Origin: Puniceicoccales bacterium | Lineage (GTDB): Bacteria; Verrucomicrobiota; Verrucomicrobiia; Opitutales; JAIRLG01 | Length of the DNA: 32,000 bases | NCBI GenBank assembly: GCA_031288595.1 | Contig: JAITRB010000008.1 | Location: forward strand, 1 to 32,000 | Reading direction: 5' to 3' | Shown: positions 15,860 to 25,029 of the stretch, one piece after another | How positions within the stretch are numbered: position 1 is the first letter of the stretch | Layout of the letters: the number at the start of each line of letters is the position of its first letter | Notes under the pieces: generated by a model | Told to the model about the DNA's origin: nothing | Database searches by the model: none | The model's input: only the letters and a program-made list of their open reading frames with translations | Program-made: the position numbers and the translations under genes

Positions 15860-17971
15860 ATGCGCCCCTGCGATGTGAAACGCCTGCGGCGCTTTTTTCA
15901 GGATTATTTCAATGATTCTGGGCCTGGGTCCGAAGGAGGATCCCGGGGTCTTTTCAGGCAAATCCTCGTTCCGGACCCCGCTGTCGCCGCAGCCCTCAAA
16001 AAATTCCTCTGCCTTCTCCTCCTCTTTTCCCTCACCCGCCTCCTCTTTTTCTGTGTCCAGCACGATTACTTCGCCTCGCTGAGTTTGAGAGAAACGGTTT
16101 GCAGTTTCCTCTGGGGCGTCCGTTTTGACCTCTCCGTCGTCTCTTGGGTATCCCTTTTACTCTGGGGGCTTTGGGCATCCCCTCTGCCACTCAAGACCCA
16201 TCCGCTCATCCGGCGCCTAGCCGACCTGGGTCTCTGGTTCGCGGGTTCCCTGGCCCTATTGCCCAATATCGCCGATGCGAAGTACTTCTCCTTCAGCTCC
16301 CAGCGGATGACAGCGGACATCTTCCGGCAGCTGAAAACCCTGGCCGGAGAAGATGTCGGGAGTTATGGGGCGATACTTCGGGACTCCTGCGGCCTGTGGC
16401 TCCTATGGATTGTCCTCAGCATTTTTCTGGGAAATTTCATCAAGTGCCGGCACTTCGAAGAGGATTTGGCCTGGGCCCGTATACGGAGGGAAAGAACACT
16501 GCCCCGAATGGGCATTCGCTGTCTGAGCTTTGCGTTCTGGATCTGTATGTTGATTATCGGCTGCCGCGGCGGCCTGTGTGGACGGGTTCTGGATCCTCCC
16601 TGCGTCGTGCGCCTGTCCCAGCAGCCCTCAGGCGGGGTTTTGATGGGCAACTCGAGCTTCAGCATCCTCAAGTCTCTCGGCCGGAGACCCATCCGAAGCT
16701 TTCACTTCTTCGACAGCGCCGAGGAACTAAATGGGATCTACAGTCCCTTTCACGTGGCGAAACCCCAGAGTCCGTATTTCGGTCGCTACAAGGGCAAGAA
16801 TATCCTCATCCTCATCCTGGAGAGCTTTTCTGCCGAACATGTCGGGTTTCTGGACCGAGAATTCAAGGAGAAGCAGAGCGATTGCACCCCTTTTCTGGAC
16901 GCACTCGCCCAGCGCTCCCTCTGTTTCGATGGATTCGCCAACGGCAGCATTTCTCCCGATGGGCTGGTCTCCATCTTCTCCTCCATCCCCGCTCTACAGG
17001 GAATCCCTTACATACGCAGTTCTCGAGGGATTGCGAACCATATCGAGGGGCTCAGCTCTCTGCTGGCCAGGAGTGGTTACCACGACTCCTTCTTCTATGG
17101 GGGTAAGCGCTACTCCTGCGACTTCGACTGTTATTGGCGAAAGGTCGGGCTGAAGCGCTACTTCTGCGAGGAGAATTTTCCTCAAAAGATAACGAAGAAC
17201 ATCTACTCCGGTTGGGGCATTCACGACCTGGCCTGGCTGTCCTACGCGGCCGATGTGCTGTCTCGGGAACCGGAACCCTTCATCTCGGGGATCTTCACGC
17301 TCTCCTCACACCATCCCTTCGGAATTCCCAAGGGATTTGAGAATACTTTTCCCAGGGGTCGGCATCCCATCCAGGAGCTCGTGGCCTATGCGGACTATGC
17401 CCTGAAGTGCTTCTTCGAAAAGATCTCCTCCGAGCCCTGGTACAAAAACACGCTCTTTGTACTCGTTGCCGATCATACCTCTGGAGCGGTGGAGCCCTAT
17501 TACCATGGCCCCATCGGAAGCTTTTCGATTCCCATCCTCCTCTTCGATCCGGAGGGCCACCTTCCCCTGGAATGTGCCGGACAGCTGGCCCAGCAAATCG
17601 ACCTTTTCCCGACGCTCCTGCACCTTCTGGGTCATGCCGAAGCCCATGTGGCCTTCGGTCATGATCTCTTGGATGAAAAACATCCGCATTTCGCCGTGAA
17701 TTTTCGCCACGAAATCTACCAGTTGCTCGGCGATGACTACCTCCTGCAATTCGATGGAGAGAAGAGCATTGGTTTTTTCGACAGGAAAAAAGACCCACTG
17801 GCCCAGAGAAATCTCCTGTCAGAACCGCAATACGACGCGCTTCGGCGTTCGTATGAACGATGCCTTCAGGCCTTTCTGCAGCACTACAGCCAGGTATTGA
17901 CACAGGACACGCTGACGCTTGAGAACTGGATGAGGGCGAAGAATTCCAAAGCTTCGGGATTTACAATCTGA
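15860..17971 (+). CDS. LTA-synthase-family / sulfatase-like membrane protein (phosphoglycerol or phosphoethanolamine transferase type)
   Basis: 703 aa. An N-terminal multi-TM region is followed by an alkaline-phosphatase-superfamily domain: NILILILESFSAEHVGFL, WGIHDLAWLSY, TLSSHHPF, VLVADH. Confidence 0.78.
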   Translation: MRPCDVKRLRRFFQDYFNDSGPGSEGGSRGLFRQILVPDPAVAAALKKFLCLLLLFSLTRLLFFCVQHDYFASLSLRETVCSFLWGVRFDLSVVSWVSLLLWGLWASPLPLKTHPLIRRLADLGLWFAGSLALLPNIADAKYFSFSSQRMTADIFRQLKTLAGEDVGSYGAILRDSCGLWLLWIVLSIFLGNFIKCRHFEEDLAWARIRRERTLPRMGIRCLSFAFWICMLIIGCRGGLCGRVLDPPCVVRLSQQPSGGVLMGNSSFSILKSLGRRPIRSFHFFDSAEELNGIYSPFHVAKPQSPYFGRYKGKNILILILESFSAEHVGFLDREFKEKQSDCTPFLDALAQRSLCFDGFANGSISPDGLVSIFSSIPALQGIPYIRSSRGIANHIEGLSSLLARSGYHDSFFYGGKRYSCDFDCYWRKVGLKRYFCEENFPQKITKNIYSGWGIHDLAWLSYAADVLSREPEPFISGIFTLSSHHPFGIPKGFENTFPRGRHPIQELVAYADYALKCFFEKISSEPWYKNTLFVLVADHTSGAVEPYYHGPIGSFSIPILLFDPEGHLPLECAGQLAQQIDLFPTLLHLLGHAEAHVAFGHDLLDEKHPHFAVNFRHEIYQLLGDDYLLQFDGEKSIGFFDRKKDPLAQRNLLSEPQYDALRRSYERCLQAFLQHYSQVLTQDTLTLENWMRAKNSKASGFTI

Positions 17972-17994
17972 AAGAATTCTGCTAGAATAGGAGG

Positions 17995-18441
17995 ATGGAT
18001 TTGCATGAAAGGGAAGGGGATCGGAAATATCTATGCGGAAAGGAAAAGGCCGGGTTTTCTCTGATCGAAATTCTGATCGCGCTAGCCATACTGGCGGCCG
18101 TTTCGGGCATCGTCATCAGCAATCTGGACAAGATCTTTGGCAGTAGCCAGGAAAAGGTCGCCGAGCTCTTCGTCCGAGAGACTGTGCGGACTCCGCTGAT
18201 GTCCTACCGCATGAATGTCGGGCATTACCCCACGACGGACCAGGGATTGAAGGCCCTGATCAAAGCGCCGGAGGGCGTGGGACGCCGCTGGAAGGGGCCC
18301 TATGTCGACGAGCTGCCGCTGGACCCCTGGGGACGTGCCTACGAGTACCGTTGCCCAGGGGAACATAACCGCGATAAGTACGATGTCTGGTCATTGGGAG
18401 CTAAGGGCAATGGTGGCGGGGAGGCCATTGGTAACTGGTGA
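17995..18441 (+). CDS. gspG: Type II secretion major pseudopilin GspG-like
   Basis: Prepilin cleavage/methylation motif KAG|FSLIEILIALAIL. GspG body motifs are present: YRMNVGHYPTTDQGLKAL, WKGPYVDELPLDPWGRAYEYRCPGEHNRDKYDVWSLGAKGNGGG. AGGAGG (17989-17994) directly abuts the ATG at 17995, so the in-frame TTG at 18001 is an alternative start. Confidence 0.85.
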   Translation: MDLHEREGDRKYLCGKEKAGFSLIEILIALAILAAVSGIVISNLDKIFGSSQEKVAELFVRETVRTPLMSYRMNVGHYPTTDQGLKALIKAPEGVGRRWKGPYVDELPLDPWGRAYEYRCPGEHNRDKYDVWSLGAKGNGGGEAIGNW

Positions 18442-18455
18442 GGTCTTCTCCTCGA

Positions 18456-18917
18456 ATGGCCGAGAGGAAGCAGTCCCGCCAGGCATTTTCCGTCGCCGAA
18501 ATCCTGATCGTCCTTGCCATTTTTTCCGCGGTGGTAGGGGTTCTTATCACGGGCTTAGGCTCCCTGCAGAAGGGCTTTTCGCGCACGCTGGCGCTCCACG
18601 GAGAAGTGCAGCGGGCGATTCGCCTCGCCCGTTACCAATCGGGCAAGACGCAGGGCTCGGTTTTTATCTGGTACCCGTCGGACCACTCCTACCTCGGGAT
18701 TACGGACGACACGGGAAAGGAGTTGGAGAAAATCGAACTGCCGGATAAGCTAGCTTTTCAGTTCCTGGAGGTCGAGGCCAGTCGGGAATTGCCCTCGCTG
18801 CGCGTCGACCCCAGCGGTGTCCTGACACCTTTCCGCCTCGCCTATCGGGCCGAGAATCGGGAATTTCAGAACTATAAGGCAGATATCTTCAGCGGCCGCC
18901 TGGCTCTGCTGAAGTAG
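18456..18917 (+). CDS. Prepilin-type N-terminal domain protein (minor pseudopilin-like)
   Basis: MAERKQSRQA|FSVAEILIVLAIFSAVVGVL resembles the class III signal with conserved E+5. The rest has no motif I recognise. The track start is a GTG at 18438 overlapping the gspG stop. The ATG at 18456 is preferred. Confidence 0.55.
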   Translation: MAERKQSRQAFSVAEILIVLAIFSAVVGVLITGLGSLQKGFSRTLALHGEVQRAIRLARYQSGKTQGSVFIWYPSDHSYLGITDDTGKELEKIELPDKLAFQFLEVEASRELPSLRVDPSGVLTPFRLAYRAENREFQNYKADIFSGRLALLK

Positions 18918-19035
18918 GTAGGGGCGGAGTGGTTCCTGTCGTCTTCTCCCAATAGCTCAGATTGGCGATTTTCCAAATTTCGGAGAGCTTTTCTCAAATC
19001 CTGCAATCCAGGGGGCGGGAAGCTTTCGCCCTGCT

Positions 19036-19134
19036 GGGGCTGTCTTTGGCTCCCTTCGGGAGCGTCCGCGCAGCGGACAACGGCGCAGGACATGAAAACA
19101 GCGTTTTCATGTCCTGCGCCGCAAAGACAGCCCC
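19036..19134 (+). repeat. Cloverleaf-like structured intergenic repeat, copy 4 (+ strand reads arm-A-B-C-arm)
   Basis: Closing stem ggggctgtctttg (19036-19048) / caaagacagcccc (19122-19134). Hairpin A gctccc-ttc-gggagc (19049-19063). Hairpin B gtccgc-gca-gcggac (19064-19078). Hairpin C cggcgcaggacatgaaaac-agc-gttttcatgtcctgcgccg (19081-19121, 19-bp perfect stem). It lies in the convergent spacer between the pseudopilin gene and PFOR. Confidence 0.9.
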
Positions 19135-19182
19135 ACGCTCATGTCTTTTTCGATAGATTTTCTGAAGCAGCCACCTTTGACC

Positions 19183-22100
19183 TTATGAGGTCACCGACTG
19201 GGCCAATTTTTGGTAGAGCGCGTATTTGTCCCGAACATAGGCCTCTTCCTGCTGAAGAAGCTGCTCTGCACGTTCAGGATCCTGGCGCATCAGGAGATCA
19301 AAGCGCGTCTCGGCCGACCGGTATTCCCGAAGAGGAAGGCTGGGCTCTTTAGAATCTAGAACCAGGGGTGGCAGCTGCTGAGCCTTTCGCCGCGGGTCGT
19401 AGCGGTAGAGTGGCCAGTAGCCCGATTCCACCGCCCGTTTCTGTTGCTGCAGACTGAGCGAAAGCGGATAGCCGTGGGCGATACAGGGACAGTAGGCGAT
19501 GATGAGCGAGGGGCCGTCGTAGGATTCCGCTTCCCGAAAGGCGGTGAAGGTCTGGCTGTCCTTCGCCCCCAGCGCGACCTGAGCCACGTAGCAGTACCCA
19601 TAGCCCATGGCGAGGAGGCCGAGGTCTTTCTTGGGCAGCGCCTTACCGGCGGAGGCGAACTTGGCCACTGCTCCCGTCGGGGTCGCCTTCGACTGCTGTC
19701 CTCCGGTGTTGGAGTAGACCTCCGTGTCGAGCACGAGAACATGGACATTCCTCCCAGAGGCCAGGACATGGTCCAAACCGCCGTAGCCAATGTCGTAGGC
19801 CCAGCCGTCCCCCCCGACGATCCAGACACTCCTCTGGATCAAATTATCGGCCAGGCTCAACAGATAAACACTTTCGGGATCAGTTTTCCCCATCAGGCGC
19901 CGGCGGAGTTCCTGGATCTGGAGACGCTGTTCCTGGATTTCCGGCTCCGTTTTCTGGGGATTATTCAAGATTTTTCCGACGAAATCCTCGCCGAGGAGGG
20001 AGGCCTGTCGCCGGAGGAGCTCCGCTGCCATGGCTCGGTTTTGCTCGTACGCGGCGCGCAGGCCATAGCCGTATTCCGCATTGTCCTCGAAGAGGGAATT
20101 GCTCCAGGCCGGCCCACGCCCCATGGCATCGCTCGTGTAGGGCGTGGTCGGAAGATTGCCACCGTAGATGGAGGAACAACCGGTCGCATTGGCGAGGAGC
20201 AGGCGGTCTCCGAGGATTTGGGTCAGCAGCTTGAGATAAGGCGTTTCGCCGCAGCCGGCACAGGCCCCGGAAAACTCAAAGAGTGGCTGACAGAACTGCG
20301 AGGATTTGATATCCGTGGCTGACACGGGTGTCTGGGGCAGGTCTTGAAAATATCCGTAATGCTCCAGTTCTCGCTCGAAAACCTCTGCCTTTGGCATCAT
20401 CACCAGTGCTTTTTCCCCCCTCTCTGTCTTAGCCCTGACCGGACAGGCTTCGGCGCAGAGATTGCAGCCCGTACAGTCCTCCGGCGAGACCTGGATGCTG
20501 TAGGCATGGTGGGGATGCTCCCGGGAGCGAAAATCCACCGAGCGAAAGCCGGAGGGGGGGGCTTTCTCCAGCCTTTCCTTTGGAAAAAATTTCACCCGTA
20601 GGGCAGCGTGAGGGCAGACCGAGATGCATTTATTGCACTGGATGCAGATGGCCGGATTCCAGATGGGGATTTCCTCTGCGATGTTGTGCTTTTCCCAGTG
20701 GGACGTTCCCGTTGGCCAGGTACCGTCGACGGGTATCGCGCTGACGGGCAGCTCATCGCCGCGGCCAGCCAGCAGGATTTTCGTGACGTTTTTGATGAAC
20801 TCTGGCGCATCATCCGGAATCTTGTCCTGCAGGGGCATTCCATCGATGGGCTGTTCCGCCACCTTCACTTCTTCCAGCTGCTCCAGGACCAAATCCACCG
20901 CCTCGCCGTTTTTTTTCACCACCGCCTCTCCCTTTTTGCCATAGGTCTTGCGTATCGCTTCTTTGATCCGGGCCACGGCTTCCGCCGGTGGCAGGATTCG
21001 GGAAAGCGCGAAGTAGCCGACCTGCATGATCGTATTGATGCGGCCGCCGATGCCGACCTCCCGCGCGAGGTGATAGGCGTCGATGACGAAGAGCTTCATC
21101 TGCAGCGCCTGGAGCTTTTCTTGAAATTCCCTCGGCAGATGCGGCCATACCTTTCCTGCACCGTAGGGACTATTTAGGAGAAAAATCGTCCCCATCTTAG
21201 CTGTTGCGAGCACATCGTGGGTATGGACGAAGGAGAACTGATGGCAGCCGATGAAGTCTGCTTCCTGGATGAGATAGGGTGCCTCGATGGGCCTGGGACC
21301 AAAACGCAGGTGCGAAGTGGTCATGGCACCGGACTTCTTGGAGTCGTAGACAAAATAGGCCTGAGCGAAGTGCTCTGTCGCCTGCCCGATGATCTTGATA
21401 GTGTTCTTATTGGCACCAACAGTCCCATCCGAGCCGAGACCGTAGAAAATGCTCTCGTACACGGAGGGATCCTTGGGCCGAAACTGAGGGGAGTAGGATA
21501 AGGAGAGGTGGCTGACGTCGTCTTCGATGCCGACCGTGAAATGCGCCCTGGGAGACCCTCTTTTCAGCTCATCGAAGACCGCCTTCGCCATCGCCGGCGA
21601 GAACTCCTTGGATCCCAAGCCGTAGCGACCGGCGATGATTTTGGGACGGAAGTCATCCGATAAATGGCCCTCCTGCCGCCCCTCCTGCAGGGCCGTGACG
21701 ACATCCAGATAGAGCGGTTCACCTAGAGTACCCGCTTCCTTGCTGCGGTCCAGAACCGCGATGGAACGGATACTCGGCACCAGGGCCCGAAGAAAATCTT
21801 CCAGGGCAAAGGGCCGGTACATGTGTATCTGCAGGACGCCGACCTTCTCCCCTTCCTGCCGAAGGAATTTGGCTGTCTCCTCAAGGGTCTTGCAGCCGGA
21901 ACCCATGCAGATGACCACGCGCTCAGCCTCGGGATCGCCGCTGTAGCGGAAGAGCCGATACGTCCGCCCCGTCAGCTTGGCGAAGGAATCCATGAGGGAT
22001 TGCAACTGGGCAGGCAATGCCTGGTAGTGGGGATTCACCGCCTCGCGGCCCTGAAAGAAGACGTCGGGATTCTGGGCCGTTCCGCGGATGAAGGGATGCT

Positions 22101-22740
22101 CGGGACTTAGCGCACGCGAGCGGAAGGCGATGAGGTCTGCCGGATCGATCATCGCCTGCAGAACGCTATCCCCGAGTGGGCAGAAACTGTTGATCTCATG
22201 CGAGGTGCGGAAGCCATCGAAAAAGTGAAGAAAGGGGACGCGGCTGCGCAAGGTGGCGGCATGGGCGATGCAGGCCAAGTCCTGGGCCTCCTGCACCGAA
22301 GCGGAGGAGAGGAGAGCGAAGCCCGTCTGCCGGCAGGCCATGACATCCGAATGGTCGCCGAAAATCGACAGCGCATGCGTGGCCAGGCTCCGGGCCGCCA
22401 CGTGTAGGCAAAAGGCCTGCAGTTCCCCCGCAATCTTGTACAGCTCGGGGATCATCAGCAGCAGACCCTGAGAGGAGGTGAAGGTCGTCACCAGCGAGCC
22501 ACCCTGCAGTGCCCCGTGCATGGCTCCTGCCACACCGCCCTCGGATTGCATCTGGAAGACTTCCGGCACCTGTCCCCAGAGGTTCGGCCTACGGCCCATG
22601 GCCCATTCATCGCAGTGTTCGGCCATCGGCGATGAGGGGGTGATGGGGTAGATGGCCACCAACTCGCTGAGCCGATAGGCCACATCGGCTACCGCTTCAT
22701 TGGCATCGGCAATCCTATACGGACGATCGTTCTTTTCCAT
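19183..22740 (-). CDS. nifJ: Pyruvate:ferredoxin (flavodoxin) oxidoreductase, single-polypeptide type
   Basis: 1185 aa, the canonical length. Two 4Fe-4S ferredoxin motifs (CIQCNKCISVCPH, CTGCNLCAEACP), a TPP-binding region (GGDGWAYDIGYGGLDH) and CAGCGETPY. Confidence 0.95.
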   Translation of the reverse strand: MEKNDRPYRIADANEAVADVAYRLSELVAIYPITPSSPMAEHCDEWAMGRRPNLWGQVPEVFQMQSEGGVAGAMHGALQGGSLVTTFTSSQGLLLMIPELYKIAGELQAFCLHVAARSLATHALSIFGDHSDVMACRQTGFALLSSASVQEAQDLACIAHAATLRSRVPFLHFFDGFRTSHEINSFCPLGDSVLQAMIDPADLIAFRSRALSPEHPFIRGTAQNPDVFFQGREAVNPHYQALPAQLQSLMDSFAKLTGRTYRLFRYSGDPEAERVVICMGSGCKTLEETAKFLRQEGEKVGVLQIHMYRPFALEDFLRALVPSIRSIAVLDRSKEAGTLGEPLYLDVVTALQEGRQEGHLSDDFRPKIIAGRYGLGSKEFSPAMAKAVFDELKRGSPRAHFTVGIEDDVSHLSLSYSPQFRPKDPSVYESIFYGLGSDGTVGANKNTIKIIGQATEHFAQAYFVYDSKKSGAMTTSHLRFGPRPIEAPYLIQEADFIGCHQFSFVHTHDVLATAKMGTIFLLNSPYGAGKVWPHLPREFQEKLQALQMKLFVIDAYHLAREVGIGGRINTIMQVGYFALSRILPPAEAVARIKEAIRKTYGKKGEAVVKKNGEAVDLVLEQLEEVKVAEQPIDGMPLQDKIPDDAPEFIKNVTKILLAGRGDELPVSAIPVDGTWPTGTSHWEKHNIAEEIPIWNPAICIQCNKCISVCPHAALRVKFFPKERLEKAPPSGFRSVDFRSREHPHHAYSIQVSPEDCTGCNLCAEACPVRAKTERGEKALVMMPKAEVFERELEHYGYFQDLPQTPVSATDIKSSQFCQPLFEFSGACAGCGETPYLKLLTQILGDRLLLANATGCSSIYGGNLPTTPYTSDAMGRGPAWSNSLFEDNAEYGYGLRAAYEQNRAMAAELLRRQASLLGEDFVGKILNNPQKTEPEIQEQRLQIQELRRRLMGKTDPESVYLLSLADNLIQRSVWIVGGDGWAYDIGYGGLDHVLASGRNVHVLVLDTEVYSNTGGQQSKATPTGAVAKFASAGKALPKKDLGLLAMGYGYCYVAQVALGAKDSQTFTAFREAESYDGPSLIIAYCPCIAHGYPLSLSLQQQKRAVESGYWPLYRYDPRRKAQQLPPLVLDSKEPSLPLREYRSAETRFDLLMRQDPERAEQLLQQEEAYVRDKYALYQKLAQSVTS

Positions 22741-23039
22741 GATTTTTCAGCCTTCCAGAGGGAGCCGATACCCGCCATGAAGCGATTTTGTCCCCATCGG
22801 TCAAGGGAATGAAATCGGGTCCTTCTTTTGTCCCTTTTAAGTGGGGAGCTTCCCGATAACTTGAAGCGGCTGAGCGAGCCGTTGCGATTCGAAGTTGGGA
22901 GATGGGAGTTACCCGGCCTATGGGCGGCTCTGATGGAGCTCATGGAGCTGCCCAGCGTGTGCGCAGTACCTGCCGGAGAGCAAAGGGGGAGCTGGCGCCA
23001 TCCGTAGCTTTCTATTGGCAGGACCTGGGTGTGTCCGGT

Positions 23040-23136
23040 CATCGCCTTTGCGTTCCCTGCAAGAAAAGGGGACTTTTGCTTGCAGGGAACGCCGCCTGCA
23101 TCGCAGGCACGAGCCCGAAGGGCTCAAAAGGCGATG
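23040..23136 (-). repeat. Cloverleaf-like structured intergenic repeat, copy 5 (+ strand reads arm-C-B-A-arm)
   Basis: Closing stem catcgcctttg (23040-23050) / caaa(a)ggcgatg (23125-23136, 1-nt bulge). Hairpin C 23051-23091 (cgttccctgcaag..aaaa-ggggac-tttt.g.cttgcagggaacg). Hairpin B gcctgc-atc-gcaggc (23094-23108). Hairpin A gagccc-gaa-gggctc (23111-23125). It lies between the tsf stop and the PFOR start. Confidence 0.85.
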
Positions 23137-23347
23137 CCCCACCGCTCAAACGAACGATAGAATCCCCAAACAAGCCCGCTTTCTATCTTCCATAAGTCCT
23201 GACGCTGCTCCTGCCCTAAAAGCCGTTCAGCGATGGGCCTTTGGAATCTCAAAGGCCGTGGCATTCCTCGGCACAGTTAGCAAGGCCCTTAATAATCCTT
23301 CGAATGATCCGGATGCCTCATTTTGGGAAGCGAAAGCTGCGAGAGCA

Positions 23348-23938
23348 CTATTCACCTAATTGGTAGCGGACAAAGCGGCCGATGCGGATGTTTTCGCCGA
23401 TGCGGGCCACGACGGAGGCTAGGTGCTCCTCAAGGCGAATGTCCTGATTGCGCGCGAAGGGCTGTTCGAGGAGGCAAACCTGGCTAAGCCACTTGTCTAT
23501 CTTGCCCTCCACGATTTTTTCGACGACGGCTTGCGGCTTGCCGGCCACCTGGGCGTTGGCGATTTCCCTCTCCTGATCGATGACGGGCTGAGGAACGGAG
23601 TCACGGGAAAGGTAAAGCGGATTCGAGGCCGCGATGTGCAGGCAGATGTCCGCTGCCAGCTCCCGGAAATCCTCATTCCTCGCGACGAAGTCCGTCTCGC
23701 AGTTCAGCTCCAGGAGAACACCGATCCGTCCGCCGTTATGGACGTAGGACTCGATGATGCCGGCATGTGTTTCCCGACCGGCCTTTTTTGCAGCCGTTGC
23801 GGAGCCCTTTTTCCGGAGCAGGATGATGGCCTCTTCGATGCTGCCCTCGGCTTCGCCCAGCGCCTTTTTGCAGTCGACGAACCCAGCTCCACTGCGCCGT
23901 CTCAATTCATTCACCTTCGCTGCTGTGATCTCTGACAT
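23348..23938 (-). CDS. tsf: Translation elongation factor Ts (short form)
   Basis: MSEITAAKVNELRRRSGAGFVDCKKALGEAEGSIEEAIILLRKKG is the canonical EF-Ts UBA-like N-terminus. It sits immediately downstream of rpsB, the conserved rpsB-tsf pair. Confidence 0.92.
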   Translation of the reverse strand: MSEITAAKVNELRRRSGAGFVDCKKALGEAEGSIEEAIILLRKKGSATAAKKAGRETHAGIIESYVHNGGRIGVLLELNCETDFVARNEDFRELAADICLHIAASNPLYLSRDSVPQPVIDQEREIANAQVAGKPQAVVEKIVEGKIDKWLSQVCLLEQPFARNQDIRLEEHLASVVARIGENIRIGRFVRYQLGE

Positions 23939-23957
23939 CTCAATGCTCCTCCTCGAT

Positions 23958-24746
23958 TTAAATGTCCGCCTCTCCCTCGATTTTCACCGCATCCGCTGCG
24001 TCGGAAACGATGGCTTCTCTGCTTGGAATTGTCTTCAACTGTCGGGATTCCCTCTTTTTTGCCTCGAAGAGCGCCTGCCCTCGTTCGATGGCCTCGACCA
24101 AGCAGGACAGGAGCAGCTGGATCGAGCGGGCCAAATCGTCGTTGGCGGGGATAGGATAGGTCACGAGCTCTGGATTCGAATTCGTGTCGACCAGCGCCAC
24201 GACGGGAATGCCCAGGCGCCTTGCCTCGGCGACGGCGATGCTCTCCTTGTAGATGTCGACGACCAATAGGGTGGATGGCAATTGGGTCACCTCGACGAGG
24301 CCCTCGAAGCTGCGGAAGAGGCGGGCCATTTGGCGGCGGATAACTGAGGCTTCCTTTTTCAACATGGCGTCGAGGGAGCCGTCCTCCTGCATCCGGAGAT
24401 AGTGGCGGTACTTGTTGAGGCTGCGATGAACGGTTTCGAAATTTGTCAGGCAACCGCCGAGCCAACGGTTGGGCACGAAGGGCATGTGAACCGAGCGGGC
24501 GGACTCGCGAACCGCCTCCTGGGCCTGTGCCTTGGTGCCGACAAACCAGATGCTCTGACCGCTGGAGGCGGTTTTTTCGAGAAAATCGCATGCCTTTTGC
24601 AATTGCCCCAAGGTCTTTTCCAGGTCGATGATGGAAAGGCCGCCGAGGCAGCCGTAGACGAATTTCTGGGACTTCGGGTTCCAGCGACGCCGCTGATGGC
24701 CGAGGTGTACTCCTGCCTCGAAGAGGTCCTGTATTGTCACGTTCAT
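23958..24746 (-). CDS. rpsB: 30S ribosomal protein S2
   Basis: MNVTIQDLFEAGVHLGHQRRRWNPKSQKFVYG is the canonical uS2 N-terminus. 262 aa. Confidence 0.95.
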   Translation of the reverse strand: MNVTIQDLFEAGVHLGHQRRRWNPKSQKFVYGCLGGLSIIDLEKTLGQLQKACDFLEKTASSGQSIWFVGTKAQAQEAVRESARSVHMPFVPNRWLGGCLTNFETVHRSLNKYRHYLRMQEDGSLDAMLKKEASVIRRQMARLFRSFEGLVEVTQLPSTLLVVDIYKESIAVAEARRLGIPVVALVDTNSNPELVTYPIPANDDLARSIQLLLSCLVEAIERGQALFEAKKRESRQLKTIPSREAIVSDAADAVKIEGEADI

Positions 24747-24897
24747 AGATACTCCGTACCCTCGCGGGCCTTGGATGGAAACATGGGTTGAAGGTTGAGG
24801 CTCTCTTCATGAGGGGAGAAGTTCCCTTGGCAAGTTCTTTCTTGACAGAGGATTGTTCGAGGAGGGGTTGGGTAGAAAGGTGGCTGGGAGGTCAGTC

Positions 24898-24992
24898 GGC
24901 TGTCTTTGCAGAGCAGGGTATGAAAACAGCGTTTTCATGCCCTGCTCTGTCGTCCGCTGCGCGGACGCTCCCGAAGGGAGCCAAAGACGGCC
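24898..24992 (-). repeat. Cloverleaf-like structured intergenic repeat, copy 6 (+ strand reads arm-C-B-A-arm)
   Basis: Closing stem ggctgtctttg (24898-24908) / caaagacggcc (24982-24992, one T.G pair). Hairpin C cagagcagggtatgaaaac-agc-gttttcatgccctgctctg (24909-24949, one T.G pair). Hairpin B gtccgc-tgc-gcggac (24952-24966). Hairpin A gctccc-gaa-gggagc (24967-24981). It is an inverted near-twin of copy 4. Confidence 0.9.
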
Positions 24993-25029
24993 CTGCAAAG
25001 ATCCCCCTCATAGACATTCTCACCGCTCT

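Noticed and set aside
14353-15861. 502-aa ORF on the minus strand, the second-longest ORF in this region
   Set aside because: It is exactly antisense to tyrS, which has unmistakable HIGH/KMSKS motifs. The translation is low-complexity (R/A/G/L/P-rich) with no motif. This is a classic GC-rich shadow ORF.
22933-22950. Tandem 9-mer atggagctc/atggagctg in the PFOR 5' region, and the 300-bp leader as a possible riboswitch
   Set aside because: There are only two units, and I recognise no riboswitch consensus (TPP, SAM, cobalamin, FMN and others) by eye. Testing it needs a covariance-model scan rather than inspection.
22689-23359. ORFs 22689..23042 (-) and 23015..23359 (+) in the tsf-PFOR spacer
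   Set aside because: The 23015..23359 ORF would be translated straight through palindromic repeat copy 5, while 22689..23042 reaches only the copy's first 3 nt. The 22689..23042 ORF overlaps the PFOR start out of frame. Neither has an SD or a motif. An additional ~58-codon minus-strand ORF starting near 23270 is rejected for the same reason.
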